DNA of 64,000 nt from Salpingoeca rosetta. Taxonomy: Eukaryota > Protista > Choanoflagellata. The stretch covers positions 2,396,183-2,460,182 of the forward strand of contig JAWQFM010000002.1 in the NCBI GenBank assembly GCA_033442325.1, in the 5' to 3' direction. The position numbers and the translations under genes were made by a program. Shown piece after piece: positions 51,257 to 63,509 of this stretch. Position 1 is the stretch's first letter, and each line of letters begins with the position of its first letter. The notes beneath the pieces were generated by a model. That model searched no databases. It saw only the letters and a program-made list of their open reading frames with translations, and was not told the DNA's origin.

Positions 51257-51490
51257 CTAACAAAGGAGCGACGGTTTTGGCCCTCTTGGACGGCAACTGC
51301 GTGCTTTCCCCGTGGTCATTGGCTTCTGCTTCCTCGTCAGGGTGGCTATGCGAATCTGAGCTTCCCTTGTGTGTCCCAGCCTGTCAACAACAAGAAGAGG
51401 CATCGTGAACTTGGTCGAGACTCGATTGCGCTGACGACAAAACGCAAAAACAGCAGCCATAGCGCCACATGATTTGACATGCACGCAGCG

Positions 51491-51530
<40 letters not shown>

Positions 51531-52328
51531 CTACACCACAAACTTTTGCGCGTACGCGTACAAGTCCAAGCAGCTTCACATACCTGCACGCTGGCGAAGT
51601 CCTGCGCAAGTCGTCGCCGTTGTGGCTGTCGTGCGGGTTCTTGTCGAAGCTGTTGAAGCAGAAGTTGTCGCTGCTTGAGCACGAGTCGGTGTCGTCGAAT
51701 TTGCTGCAGTAGCCGCCGCTGCTGCGGAAGCTGCTGGTGCTGCTGCAGCCGCTTGAGTTGTCGTTTGCGCTGTCCTTGCCGCCGCTGTTGACGTTTGAGT
51801 TGTTGCTTGAGCTGTTTGAAAGGCCGTTGTTGTTGCTGTGGTGCAAATGATGAGGGCATCGTGAGCTGCTTGGCTGCGGTCATGTGTCGGGGTGGGTGTT
51901 GCACAAGCGACAGCTCAGGCGACGCATGAGTAGGGCCAGTCGCGCGTGGAGCGCTGAGGTGCACTGCAACATCGGCCGGTGTCCCTTCACAGACCGCGTG
52001 ACAATCAATGGCAGTCGTTCCTGTGCCATTGGCCGCTGTGTTACGGGTGAAGGAAGCCCGAGTGGCGGCCTGAGTCGCCAATGTATCCGGGCCGCGCACG
52101 GAGGTCCCTCCTGCAGACACGCTCCCCGAGAAAAATGCATGTGCCATGTCAGCGTCGAGCAGCACACGGCCTTCCTCGGGATGCTGTTGCTGTTGCTGTT
52201 GCTGGTCTTGTCGTTGCTGGTTTTGTTCAGGGTCTTCTTGTTGTTGTTGCTGTTGCTGCTGCTGCTGTTGGTGGCACTGTGGCTGCTGTGGTTGCTCCTC
52301 TTGTTGCTGGTCTTGATCAAGCTCTTCT

Positions 52329-52379
<51 letters not shown>

Positions 52380-52775
52380 CGCCGCTGCTGCTCCTGGACG
52401 CGCAATCGATGCTGCTTGCCGCGACGGTGCTGTTCGAAGTAGGTGACATTCTTGAAGTCTCTCTGGCACACTTTGCAATGTGCTCGAGGGAGAGGGTAAA
52501 TTCCAGGCTGCTGTTTCTTCCTTAACCTGTATTCTTCTGCCACAACTCTTCTCCGTGCCTTTCTCTCCTCTTCCTTCATCTCAAGCAGCTGCTGGACACT
52601 CACACCGCGCCTTCTTGCCTCTTCTTGCCTCTTCTCCTCGCGTCGTGTCTTCGTGACCATCCCGCCCTTTTTGCTGTAGCTGTGCCGCTGCTCTGGTGTG
52701 ATTGCGGCACGTGCGGTGGCCATCACGCTGCGCACCTTCTCCTCTCCGAGCACCGCATGGTTCCAGGACTTGCCT
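51257..52775 (-). CDS. Exon with a charged helix, U1/matrin-type zinc finger and poly-Q (possibly the 3' part of the EXO1-like gene)
   Basis: AHCKVCQRDFKNVTYFEQHRRGKQH fits Cx2C-x12-H-x5-H with the HxxGKxH signature. Likely splice acceptor before GKSWN. Confidence 0.6.
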
Positions 52776-54085
52776 GCCAAGAAGCCACACACAACCCCAC
52801 CAACCAATCACCAATCAATGTGCGCAAAACAACGCCATAGAGAGAAAGAACGCTGTGCATCTGTGGAGACAATGTTGCTCACGTCGCATCCGACATGTCA
52901 AAACAGCGCTCACGACAAGCTCCTCGCAACAAGCACAGCAAGGCAGCAAGAGAAGGCACCAAGGCAGCACTCAAGTCATACGCGCGATGTCATACCTGCC
53001 ACTGCGAAGTCCCAGATATGAGAGGCCCCAAAGTCGCCAAAACAGACAGACAGGCCGTTGGTTGCGTCGTAGAGGCTGCTCGTTCCATCGAAGCTCAACG
53101 TCGTTACAAGCGCCTCCAGGACTTGTGCGACCTTTCGGTCGCACTGCACCTGTGGTAGACTCAATCCAGTAGGTGGGTATAGAAGTGAGTTGAAAAAAAA
53201 AACAATGGTAAATGAACGCAGTTGCCAAGTGCAAGTGCAGGTGCAAGTGCAAGAGTGGTTGGTGCTGTGAAAAGTGTGAAGGAGTGAGTGGTGGTTCAAA
53301 AGCAAGGAGTACTAGAGTGAAACCATGTACATTACCTGCAGGATTGGGACGAACGCCATTTGTTTTTGTGTGTAGTGGCTCCTCCTGTTCTTGGTGAGAT
53401 TTGTAATGCCGACTTTAAAGTCCTCGGCCCTGTGGTGGGTGACATGAGAACATTAAGTGTAAGCAGGAATGAAGACAGGAGAGAACACAAGCGCCATGCA
53501 TCGTGACAACGGCAAAACGTACCTATTCACTGCCACGTAGACGAGAATGCTTCCCTGGACCTTTGGTATGGGGGTTGGGAGAGCATGGCTGACACACACA
53601 CACACAAAGGGAAAGCGGGCAAGACAGACGCATGTGAGTATCCCCCAGCAACCACAACATGGCAACTGTTCTTACCCGCAACGAGACAGACCTCAGGAGC
53701 GCTTGCAGTCTCTGGTCGGCGGGTGTTCGGAGCAGGTGCGCAGCGACCCGAAGGAAGTCTCCGTAGTACGACAGGGTGACCTGCCAGTCGTCCACAATAT
53801 TGAGAACGGCTCGAAGAGTAAGTTCCGATGACATCCAGGGGTGCTCCTTCACGTACGAAATGACGGCAGCTGTCACCTGAACCTGCTCTGCGGTGGGTGG
53901 CAAGGGCTGTGGAAATGGGTGCTGTGCCGGGCCAGCAACACCAGCTTTGACAAGCTGGTGTGTGCCGCCTCGACGTGAGCGACGTGGCAACAAGCAACCA
54001 TTGACATTGGCGTGGCTCAAAGACCCCGAGTCCAGAACGTCTGGATCAACTCATGCCAAACAAGAACACAACATCGCAAAACTCA

Positions 54086-55836
54086 TCAAAATCGCAACAA
54101 AGAACGTACCGAGTGCAAGATCTTCAAGCGTGTTGCAACGTGCGCGGAGGGGGTGTCGTCAACTGGCTGCGCTGCAGACGCACATTGTGCCTGCGCCGCG
54201 GCACGTTCAGGCCACAGGTCCTGCGAGGGCGCCACCTCACCCACAAAGTCGGACCACCGGCCCGTCTGCTCTTCGAGGTTGCCGTTGTTGAGGACAGCCT
54301 GACATCGAAATGCATACAGCGAGTTCAGGAGTTGCTGGCGAAAGGCTGGATGAAGGGTGTACTTGATGCTCCCTTCCAGTGCTTGGAGCAGATGCTCCAG
54401 GTTTGGTGCTGCTCGAACCAGTTTCATGGCCCTGACGAAGCCCATGCCGCGTATGTGGTGCACTGTTTTGTTCACATGTGTTGCGTTAGTGTGTGCGCGA
54501 GTGAGGGGCAAACACTGACCCGCGAATGTTTTACATTACGTCATGTCACATCATGTCAAATGCTCAAAGTTAGTCATGCAGGGATCGTTCATAATTTGCC
54601 ACCAATAACGACACGGCATGGAGCTTGGGTGAGGCTTACCTGATGACTTTGGGAGATAATCACTGCCACTGAGGTGGGCAGCAACCTGGAGTTCGTCCAA
54701 AGTCACCCCGAGATCCTCGAACCGAATGCGCTGACCACACCTTTCGCTGAAGGAGGACAGTCGCCAACATTGTGAGAAGGCTAGGGAAAGCGGCGTTCCA
54801 GCACTGCAGCGCGGTACTCAGCACACATAGACACACAGGCACACCCATCCCCTCCCTGAGCGCTGGAAACTATGTAATATTTCCGCGACTCCCCCCCCCA
54901 AACCACACATTCAAACCTCACCCATTCCTGCCGAACTTGAGCAGCACGTCTTTGACGCCGAGAGCCACGATGTCGCTGTCCTCCGTTAGTACAGCATCAA
55001 TCTGTCCGGTGCGCGCGAGGAACGCCAGCTGGGCGTCTGCCTCATAGGGGGCAATCACGTGTTCTGATTGAAGCCGCAGGGGGTGGGCGAGTAGCAAGGA
55101 AACGCGGACACAGTGTGAGTCATGAGGGACACCTTCCCCCCCCCCCATGCACACCGTTGCCCTTGTGTGCCCCAGTGCCCCAACTGCTTCCCCCATCTCT
55201 GAGCTTCTGAGCGCCGGCAATGGTGCAAGATTCAGCGAGTTTTCCCAATAAACCATCATCCCCAAAACGCAACAAACAATGACCGTTTTGACATTCGACC
55301 AAGCAACCCTTGACACTCTTACGAATCCTGACCAACAACAAAACCGCTATCCCCAGCCACCCAACCCCCTCCTCCCTCACGGACACTAGGACACTCACTC
55401 TTACCGACTCCAATTTCGGCGAGCAACCTCGCCATGCGTGTTCGCATTGCGAAGGACACGTAAAGGCCAGCCTGGAGTGCCTCGGCGGCCAGCCCAGGCT
55501 GGTTGTCGTCCAGAAGGCACGCGGCCGTTGCCTGAGCGATTTCTTTCTTGTCACGGCGCTCGCGTCGTACACCCTCCTTCATGATCGGCGAGATGGGGCC
55601 ATCGAAGACAACGACAGGCACAATACCTCTTGTCAGCAGCAGTTCCAGCTTCGACAGAGCGTGCTCCATGAATATGTCGGATTCGCTGCCACGCAGGAAG
55701 ATGTCAAGGGCTGACCAACCACAACATCCTGGTGACGGCAAGCAAGCAAGCGGGTTTCATCAAACGTGAGGGCATGCTGTATTTGTTGTGTCGCTTTGCG
55801 TCTTACGTTTGCTGGCGCCTTGACGTTTGGTTGGGT

Positions 55837-55881
<45 letters not shown>

Positions 55882-56022
55882 TGCGTTGTCACGGGATGAT
55901 ACGAACTAACCTTTGTACAACCACCCACTGATGTCGATGCCTACTCGCTTGCCGCGATAGGCGTCGATATGAACAGGCTCCATCTTGGAGGCGAAGAACT
56001 TCAGAAGTCCGGGAACTCCCAT
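54086..56022 (-). CDS. EXO1-like FEN1/XPG-superfamily 5' nuclease (spliced; true 3' end uncertain)
   Basis: MGVPGLLKF..VHIDAYRGKRVGIDISGWLYKG; GIVPVVVFDG..K..RRERR; VIAPYEADAQLAFL..IDAVLTEDSD; LSGSDYLP..IRGMGFVRAMKL; AFRCQAV. Confidence 0.85.
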
Positions 56023-56191
56023 TTTGGCTGGCCGGCGTGGTTTGGATGGTCGTACGTGTTGTGTGCTCTTGTTGTGTCACGTAAATGCGTTGTGCAAGCG
56101 TTTGCATGTGTGCTGTGTTGTGGTGCCGTGCGCTGTGGTGGCCGACAAAGCTTGGCATGTTTGGTGGCGTGATTTGACATGCTTCGTGCCT

Positions 56192-56768
56192 GCGGAACGT
56201 CCCCATGTCTACAAGGGCATTTCCTTGGATACGGGAGGGCGATTTCTCCTCACGGCGTCGACGAACAGTTATGTCTGGGCGCGCGCGCATGTGTGTGTGT
56301 CTGCGCCTGCGTCTCTGTGGGCGTTTCTCTCTCTCTGTCTCTGTGCGATGTCGTGTTGCTGTGTGCGTGTGCTGTGTTGCTTTGCGCGTGTGCACTGCCC
56401 CACCTCCCCGACAATCCCCACGACCGACCTTTGCTCCCTTCTCCACAACCACCCGTTCAAATTGCAAGCACCGCCATCGCGGAACGTCCCCATGTCTACA
56501 AGGGCATTTCCTTGGATACGGGAGGGCGATTTCTCCTCACGGCGTCGACGAACAGTTATGTCTGGGCGCGCGCGCATGTGTGTGTGTCTGCGCCTGCGTC
56601 TCTGTGGGCGTTTCTCTCTCTCTGTCTCTGTGCGATGTCGTGTTGCTGTGTGCGTGTGCTGTGTTGCTTTGCGCGTGTGCACTGCCCCACCTCCCCGACA
56701 ATCCCCACGACCGACCTTTGCTCCCTTCTCCACAACCACCCGTTCAAATTGCAAGCACCGCCATCGCG
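56192..56768 (+). repeat. 287-bp tandem duplication carrying a WD40-like fragment
   Basis: GCGGAACGTCCCCATG begins at 56192 and 56479, and the copies appear identical. The unit encodes RPHVYKGISLDTGGRFLLTASTNSYVW. Confidence 0.9.
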
Positions 56769-57609
56769 ACGAGGAGAGACTGGTTGCCTTTCCTTATCTC
56801 CATGGTGCGCTGCTCCCACGCCACAAGCACATGGTGCGCTGCTCCCACTTACCTGCTAGTTCATCCAGCTTGCGTGGCGTTGGCTTTGCGCTGGCATGCC
56901 AGCACTCATGCGACACGAGCACGCGTGTCGCACCCCACATTCCTCTCTTCCTCTGCGTCGGCACACTCCTCGTTATTGATCCTCTGCCCTTTCGTTTTAC
57001 TTCCCTGACCCTGTTGCGTGTCATACACACACGCACACAGAGCGCAGCTTCTTGTGACCTGTCGTCGTGTGTTATCTCGCTCGCCCTGAAGGTATCGATG
57101 GCAGTGACGTTGATGATGATGAGGTCGGTGATGGTGGTGACGTGGGTGTGGCTGATGATGCTCTCACGGCTGCTTGGATGTGCTAGCGATAGGGGAGTGG
57201 TGTTGCGCGCACATTGGCATCTCACAATTTCCCTTGCGGTAGACGTAACACATGTGTAACACATCCGCACGTACATTGTGTGGCTGCACCGTCGCTCACG
57301 GCAGCGGCTGAAGGGTAGGGTACATGTGATGATGTTGTGTCACTTCCCTCGCTCAACCACCACTCCACCTAAACAACAGCAACAACAACAGCAGCAGCGG
57401 CAGTAGTGAGGGGAATAGGGGGGGAGGGGTTGGTGTCGTGTTGTGTTTTATTGTTGTGTTGTGTTGATGGTTCGTGTTTGAAAGCAGCCGTTCTGGAGGT
57501 GTCTTGCTGGCGCACAAGTGAACCACCCAGTCAACGCCTCAGCCATTCATTGTTTTCATTCACTCGCCCCTACCCCCCCCCCCACCACCTCACGTGTTTG
57601 GCAACGCAG

Positions 57610-57914
57610 ACGGCAGCTGTTGCGGGAGGTGTATGCGCATGCGGTGCTGCAGGCGCAGCCGTACATTGTGCGTGCGCTACTTCTCTGCGTGGGAGGAGGA
57701 CAATCGCATGATTATCCAGAACGAGTACTGTGACGGCGGCACCCTGGCCAAGCTGTTTGATGACCACAAGCGCGCAAACAGACCCTTTCTCGAGCACACG
57801 CTCCTCGTCATCCTCAAACACCTGGTGCGTCCCTGTTTGCTGCAATGCAAGAGGAGGAGGTGGTGGTGGTGTCGTGGTGTCGTGGTGTTGTCCATTTGCA
57901 CGTGATCATGTACG

Positions 57915-57989
<75 letters not shown>

Positions 57990-59340
57990 ACACACACACA
58001 CACATATTCAGGCGCTGGGCACACATGCATTGCATCGGCTGAAGCTGGTGCACATGGACATCAAGCCCGCAAACATCCTGATCAAGTACGAGGAGCCGAT
58101 TGGGCGCGTGGCGAAACCGCGGCAGGCCGCACGGGCACGGCGGAAGGTTGGTTGAAGCAGTGGTGGGGAGGATGGAGGAGGGGGATGCGTGGCGCTGCTA
58201 CTTTTTTTTTTTTCTTTTCTTGCGCTCATCACAACACGCCCACACACATGTGCACGCACATATGCACACACACACACACACACTCACGCGCGCACACACA
58301 CACACGCACAGCTTGACAAGCGCATGTCAATGACGGCGGATGACGCTGCGGTGCAGCCTGGTTACGAGTCGACGGATGTTGAGCTGACTGATGAGGAGGA
58401 CGCAGACAACACCACCAACAGCCACGATGGTGATGAAGAGGAGAGGAGGGGTCGTGGGTTGAGCCGGGGAACGCGTTCACAGTCCCGTTCACGACTGCGG
58501 GGATGGCACCACGATGACGAGCAGACAGCAACGATGGAGGGTGCTCGTGGTGGAGATGACGGTGCGCACGAGCATGATGAGCACAGCAGCGGGTCCAACA
58601 GCTTCAACACGTCGGGCACGCTGCCCTCCGACCTGGAGTCTGTGTTTGGAGAGAGCGGGAGCGATGGTGAAGGTGGCGGCTCTGTTAGCGGCACCATGTC
58701 CCGTCTCGGCGTGTCCACTATCAACAACGCGAAGAGTGACGCAAACACAGACGCCATCAGCACCAACAGCAACATCGGTGCTACCGCCACTGCCACCGCG
58801 AATGCCACGGTTACCGACACTGCTGCAGCCAAGAAGCAGGGGCGAAGGGGCCGGTTGCAGCTGTTTGGTGGCGGAAATGGCGATAGCAGCCGTGCTGCTG
58901 GCACCCATGGCGATGTGTTTGCTCCGCATGCAGTGCTGACAAGACGGCGACAGCAACCACGACGGCGCGACGCCCGCTCATGCCGCGCGGACACGCAGAC
59001 AACACCATCACCAACAGCACCAACAGCACCAACAGCAGTGGTCTGGGTGTAATTACGAGCACGAGCACGGTGGGCAGCGCTGACGATGTGTTTGAGCCCG
59101 AGAGCGCGACGGTGACGACGTGCGGGACATCGGATGCGGGCGATGCCGTTGATGTTGCTGACATCATCGTGGATACAGAGCACACACATGCACATGCACA
59201 GGAGGCGCATGTTGCTGGGAGTGGTGTGCTGAAGAAGGTGTCGTTTAAGCTCGGCGACCTTGGACTGGTGACGCGCCGCGATGACAAGTCGGCAGAGGAG
59301 GGCGACAGCAGATACCTCGCACGCGTGAGTGGCAAGGTTG

Positions 59341-59412
<72 letters not shown>

Positions 59413-59931
59413 CTGCCTGTGTGTGTGTGTGTGTGTGTGCGACTGAATGTCTGTGTCTGTGCGTCTGTGCTACGACCTGCCGTGCAAAGGAAGTTGCTTT
59501 TGTTCAGGACTCACTCACTCGTTTCCCCTCTCACTTCACCCACACCCTCACGTCGACCGTTTCTTGATACAGGAGGTGCTGAAGGGCCAGTACCGCGATC
59601 TGTCCAAGGCGGACGTGTTCTCCATCGGCTGCACCATGTACGAGCTCGCCAGCCTCGTGCCGCTCGCTGCAAACGGGCCAGAGTGGCACCGTCTGCGCGA
59701 CAGCCCGCCACCGCTTGCCGGCTACTCGTCCAAGTTCAACCACCTTGTCATGGCAATGCTCTCGGAGCAGCCGGGTGAGCGGCCCACCACCTCTGACATT
59801 CTGAAGAGCGAGCTGTTGCGGCCGGACCCTGACCCCGACACGAGCACGCAGCTGAAGGAGGCCCTCGACCGCGTCCAGCAGCTCGAGCGAGAGTACGTCT
59901 GCAGGAAAAGAGGGAGGGGTGAGGGATGTTG

Positions 59932-59994
<63 letters not shown>

Positions 59995-60190
59995 TGTGTC
60001 TGTGTCTGTGTCTGTCTGTCTGTGTCTGTCTGTGTGCGTGAGTGTGTACCACGCGCGATTCTCACACGCATCCCACCTTGATGCCCCCCCCCCCACCATC
60101 CACGCAACCTTCAGATTGCGACAGCAGAAACAGCTGGCGAGCCGCCGCGGCAAAGGGCCCGTGACCAGAAAGCAGTCGTGCGTCTTCTGA
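57610..60190 (+). pseudogene. WEE1: WEE1 kinase copy: no N-lobe start found, 4-bp duplication frameshift near 57672, probable second frameshift near 58930
   Basis: LLREVYAHAVL..IV/RYFSAWEEDNRMIIQNEYCDGGTL, LVHMDIKPANI, FKLGDLGLVT..EEGDSRYLA and DLSKADVFSIG are Wee1-diagnostic. No GxGxFG or AxK exon was seen upstream. Confidence 0.75.
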
Positions 60191-60317
60191 GGGCATCAAC
60201 GACAACGTCGCACACGTGTTCATCAACGAACGCATCCCATCGCACCTTTCGAATGCTTTTTCCCTTCAAGTCCGCGTTTCGGACGCGCACCTGCGTCCCA
60301 ATCCTCACACACACACA

Positions 60318-60406
<89 letters not shown>

Positions 60407-60950
60407 CTTCCATTTCTTCTGACATGACCTGCACGAGCATGTATCATGCCGGCACAGCTCACATGGCTGTTGCTGCTGCTTCCCCCTCTTCTCCTATCTC
60501 TTGTCTTCTTCGGGTACTAATTTGGCCAGTATGATTAACCTTGTATGCGTGTGTGTGCGTCGTGCACCACATCACTCCATCACAACACCTACCTGACCAG
60601 GCACAGCCAACCTCTAACCGCACCGAGTGCTTTCCATCCCCGCTTCCCGTTGCATGCTCTTTCTTGTCGTTGTTGACTGACACCTTGCTTACTGCTATGC
60701 ATGGCGCATTCAAGTCATGTTTCGCGTACGTCGCACGCAAGTGCACAACGTGTTTTGTCTGTCACCGTGTATTGTAATGTAACAACCCCGACATCGTACA
60801 TAGCCCGAAAGAAATAAAGCCGTTGTCTGACTCAAGGACACACACACACATACAAACAGACAGACACACACTCATACACATACAGGGACAGAGAGACAGA
60901 GAGGCGAAGTAACAGAAGGACACAGATGGAAACATACTTGCGTACATGTG

Positions 60951-62335
60951 TCAGCATCCGGGGTTGATGGCGAGCACGGTCTCTCCAGAATGTGGAATGC
61001 CATAGATGAGGCCGTTGTTGGCGAGCACGCCATCCCACCACTTGTTGCTGCCATCGAGCTGAGTGAGGGTGGTTGTGTCAGTGGCGTTGGTGGATGGATC
61101 AAAGATGAGGATTGACTGCGAGCCGTTTGGAATGCCAATGATGTTGCCGTTGGGCACGAGTACACCGCCAACCCACTTTCGACCGGATGTTGCACCTGCA
61201 ACAATGAGCTCATCGATGGCGTTGGTGGCTGGGTTGATGACGAGCGTTGTCGCAGAGTATGCTGGGACGGTGTAGATGAGGCCATTGCGGGCCAGCACGC
61301 CGCCAAACCACTTCACGTGTGTTCCCAAACCACTGATTGTGGTGAGGTCCATCGTCATTGTCTCTGGATTGATGATGAGGACAGAGGAAGCTGCAACGGG
61401 GGTGCAGTAGATCAAGCCGTTGCCAGCACACCGCCATACCATTTGTATCCCTGACGAGAAAGCCCCGACAGCGTGGTGATGTCGGCTGTGTTTGTCTCCG
61501 GGTCAATGACCAGTACAGAGGTTGCAGAATATGGGACACCGAAGATGAGACCGTTGCTGGCCCCCACACCGGTGTACCACTTGCGTGCACCGGAACCAAG
61601 CGAGTGAATGGTTGTGGTGTCAGCGATGTTGGTGTCAGGGTCTATGATCAGCACCGTGGCCCTATCTGAAGGGAGCATGTAAATGAGGCCGTTGGGTGCC
61701 AGCAGAGCACCAGCCCACTTGTAGCTGTCTGTTCCAAGCCCGGAGATTGTGGTCATGTCAACAGTATCAGTGCTGGGGTCGATGATGAGCACGGTCGGTG
61801 AGTTGTGCGGTGCGGCGTAGATCAGGCCATTGTTCGCCAATGCGCCGCCAACCCACTTATACGTCACTGAGTTGAGCTGAGCAAACTGCGTCGCCTTTGG
61901 CTCGACTAGACGACACAACAGATTGATGGTGCTATTCAGGCCAGCATGAATACTTTGCTGCGCATTAACCATGCTCTGCTGTGCAGCGTTGTCGCTCTGC
62001 TCTGCGTTGATTTTGCTCTGCAGCGTTTCAACCGCGGTGTGCAGCGCATTGATCGTATCCTGCTGCGCAGCGTTGATGCTCTGCTGTGCGTTGACCGTGC
62101 TTTGCTGCGCCGAGACAGCACTCGCCAGCGTGCTGAGCGTCCCGTGCACGTTCATGCCGTTCAGGAACACAGCTTGGCTCATTGGATCGCTCGTGTTGAT
62201 GTGAAACGCGCCCGCATCGTCCTCCACCATCGTCACTTTGCCAATGCAGATGAACGGCATGGAGCACACCGCCGCCAGAAGCGCGGGGAGAAGCAGCACA
62301 CGTGCCTGCAGGCATCCTTTTCCCCACATCATCAC
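60951..62335 (-). pseudogene. Intronless secreted protein: signal peptide, coiled coil, seven ~46-aa repeats (probable beta-propeller); frameshift near 61422
   Basis: ORFs 61412-62335 and 60951-61442 join into seven repeats of KW.GGvLa.NGlIY..P......L.IdP.T. Repeat 4 is 4 nt shorter than the others. Confidence 0.8.
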
Positions 62336-62529
62336 TGCCTTCTTCCTTTCTTCGTCTTCGTGGATGCGCCTTGTTGCCTGGATGGGGGCCGGTCTGCTGT
62401 CCTGAGGAGAGAAGAGACAGTCGTCTTTCTTGCCTGTTCACGGGTCCACGCAAAACGCTCGAAACCGGTGTTTGATGAACAGGACCAACGATCCCAGAAA
62501 CCAATCGTCTCTTGGTCTTGCGTTTGGTG

Positions 62530-62683
<154 letters not shown>

Positions 62684-63509
62684 GACGTGCACGCTCTCTT
62701 CTCCAACCACACGACATCATCACCACCTCCCATTTTCTTGTGTGTCTTTGCTCACATGGTTCCCTTCCTCCTCTCAACACCACCCACACTCGCTTTTGTC
62801 CTTCCTTCTGCGGTTGCAACACAGGGCCTTGAGTTGGGAGCTATCGTTACAACACCAGCGAACTGACAACAGCTGCCATGTAATGACCATCCAGCCACGC
62901 TTGTGCGGTTGTGGAAGCAGCAACACCAACACACACCACACCACAAACAAGCCAGCGATGAGCAACGTGAGTGCATCTCTGCACATGTATGTGTGTAAGC
63001 TGCGCACCGCACCAGTGTGCTTTTTTTGTGCTCGCTGTCTTTGTTGCCCCTGTCTCCCCTTGTTGTCCCACATCAATGTGCATGCATGTGTGTCGTGCGG
63101 CTGCCTGCTTTGCCTTGCTTGGTGCGTTGTCTCATTCGTCGTTCTCACACACAACCGCCTGCACACCTGCACATTCTCCACCTTGCAGCTGCTGCTCGTC
63201 TTTCCCGCTCTTTCCCGCTCTCCCTGGCAGCCATCTCCCCTCACCACCACCAACAGCAACAGCCAACACACCCTCCACCGCCGATGCTGCAGAGATGTGC
63301 ATGAGGAGTAGGTGAACACCACCACCACCACCAGCAGCAACAGTCACCGGCGGCAGCAGTGGCAGTGGCGAGTCAGTGCCCAAGCGACAGCAGCAGCGAC
63401 ACGACCACAGCAGTGTTGATGGTGGTCCACAGCCCGTGGTGTAAGGGTGCACAGGGTGCATGCGTGTGTGGGTGTGCGTGTGTGTGTGCGTGCGTGCACG
63501 GTGTTGGAG

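Noticed and set aside
56033-56060. RRGLDGRT as the missing WEE1 RLDG motif
   Set aside because: No Gly-rich loop before it or AxK after it, and it overlaps the EXO1-like 5' leader; likely chance.
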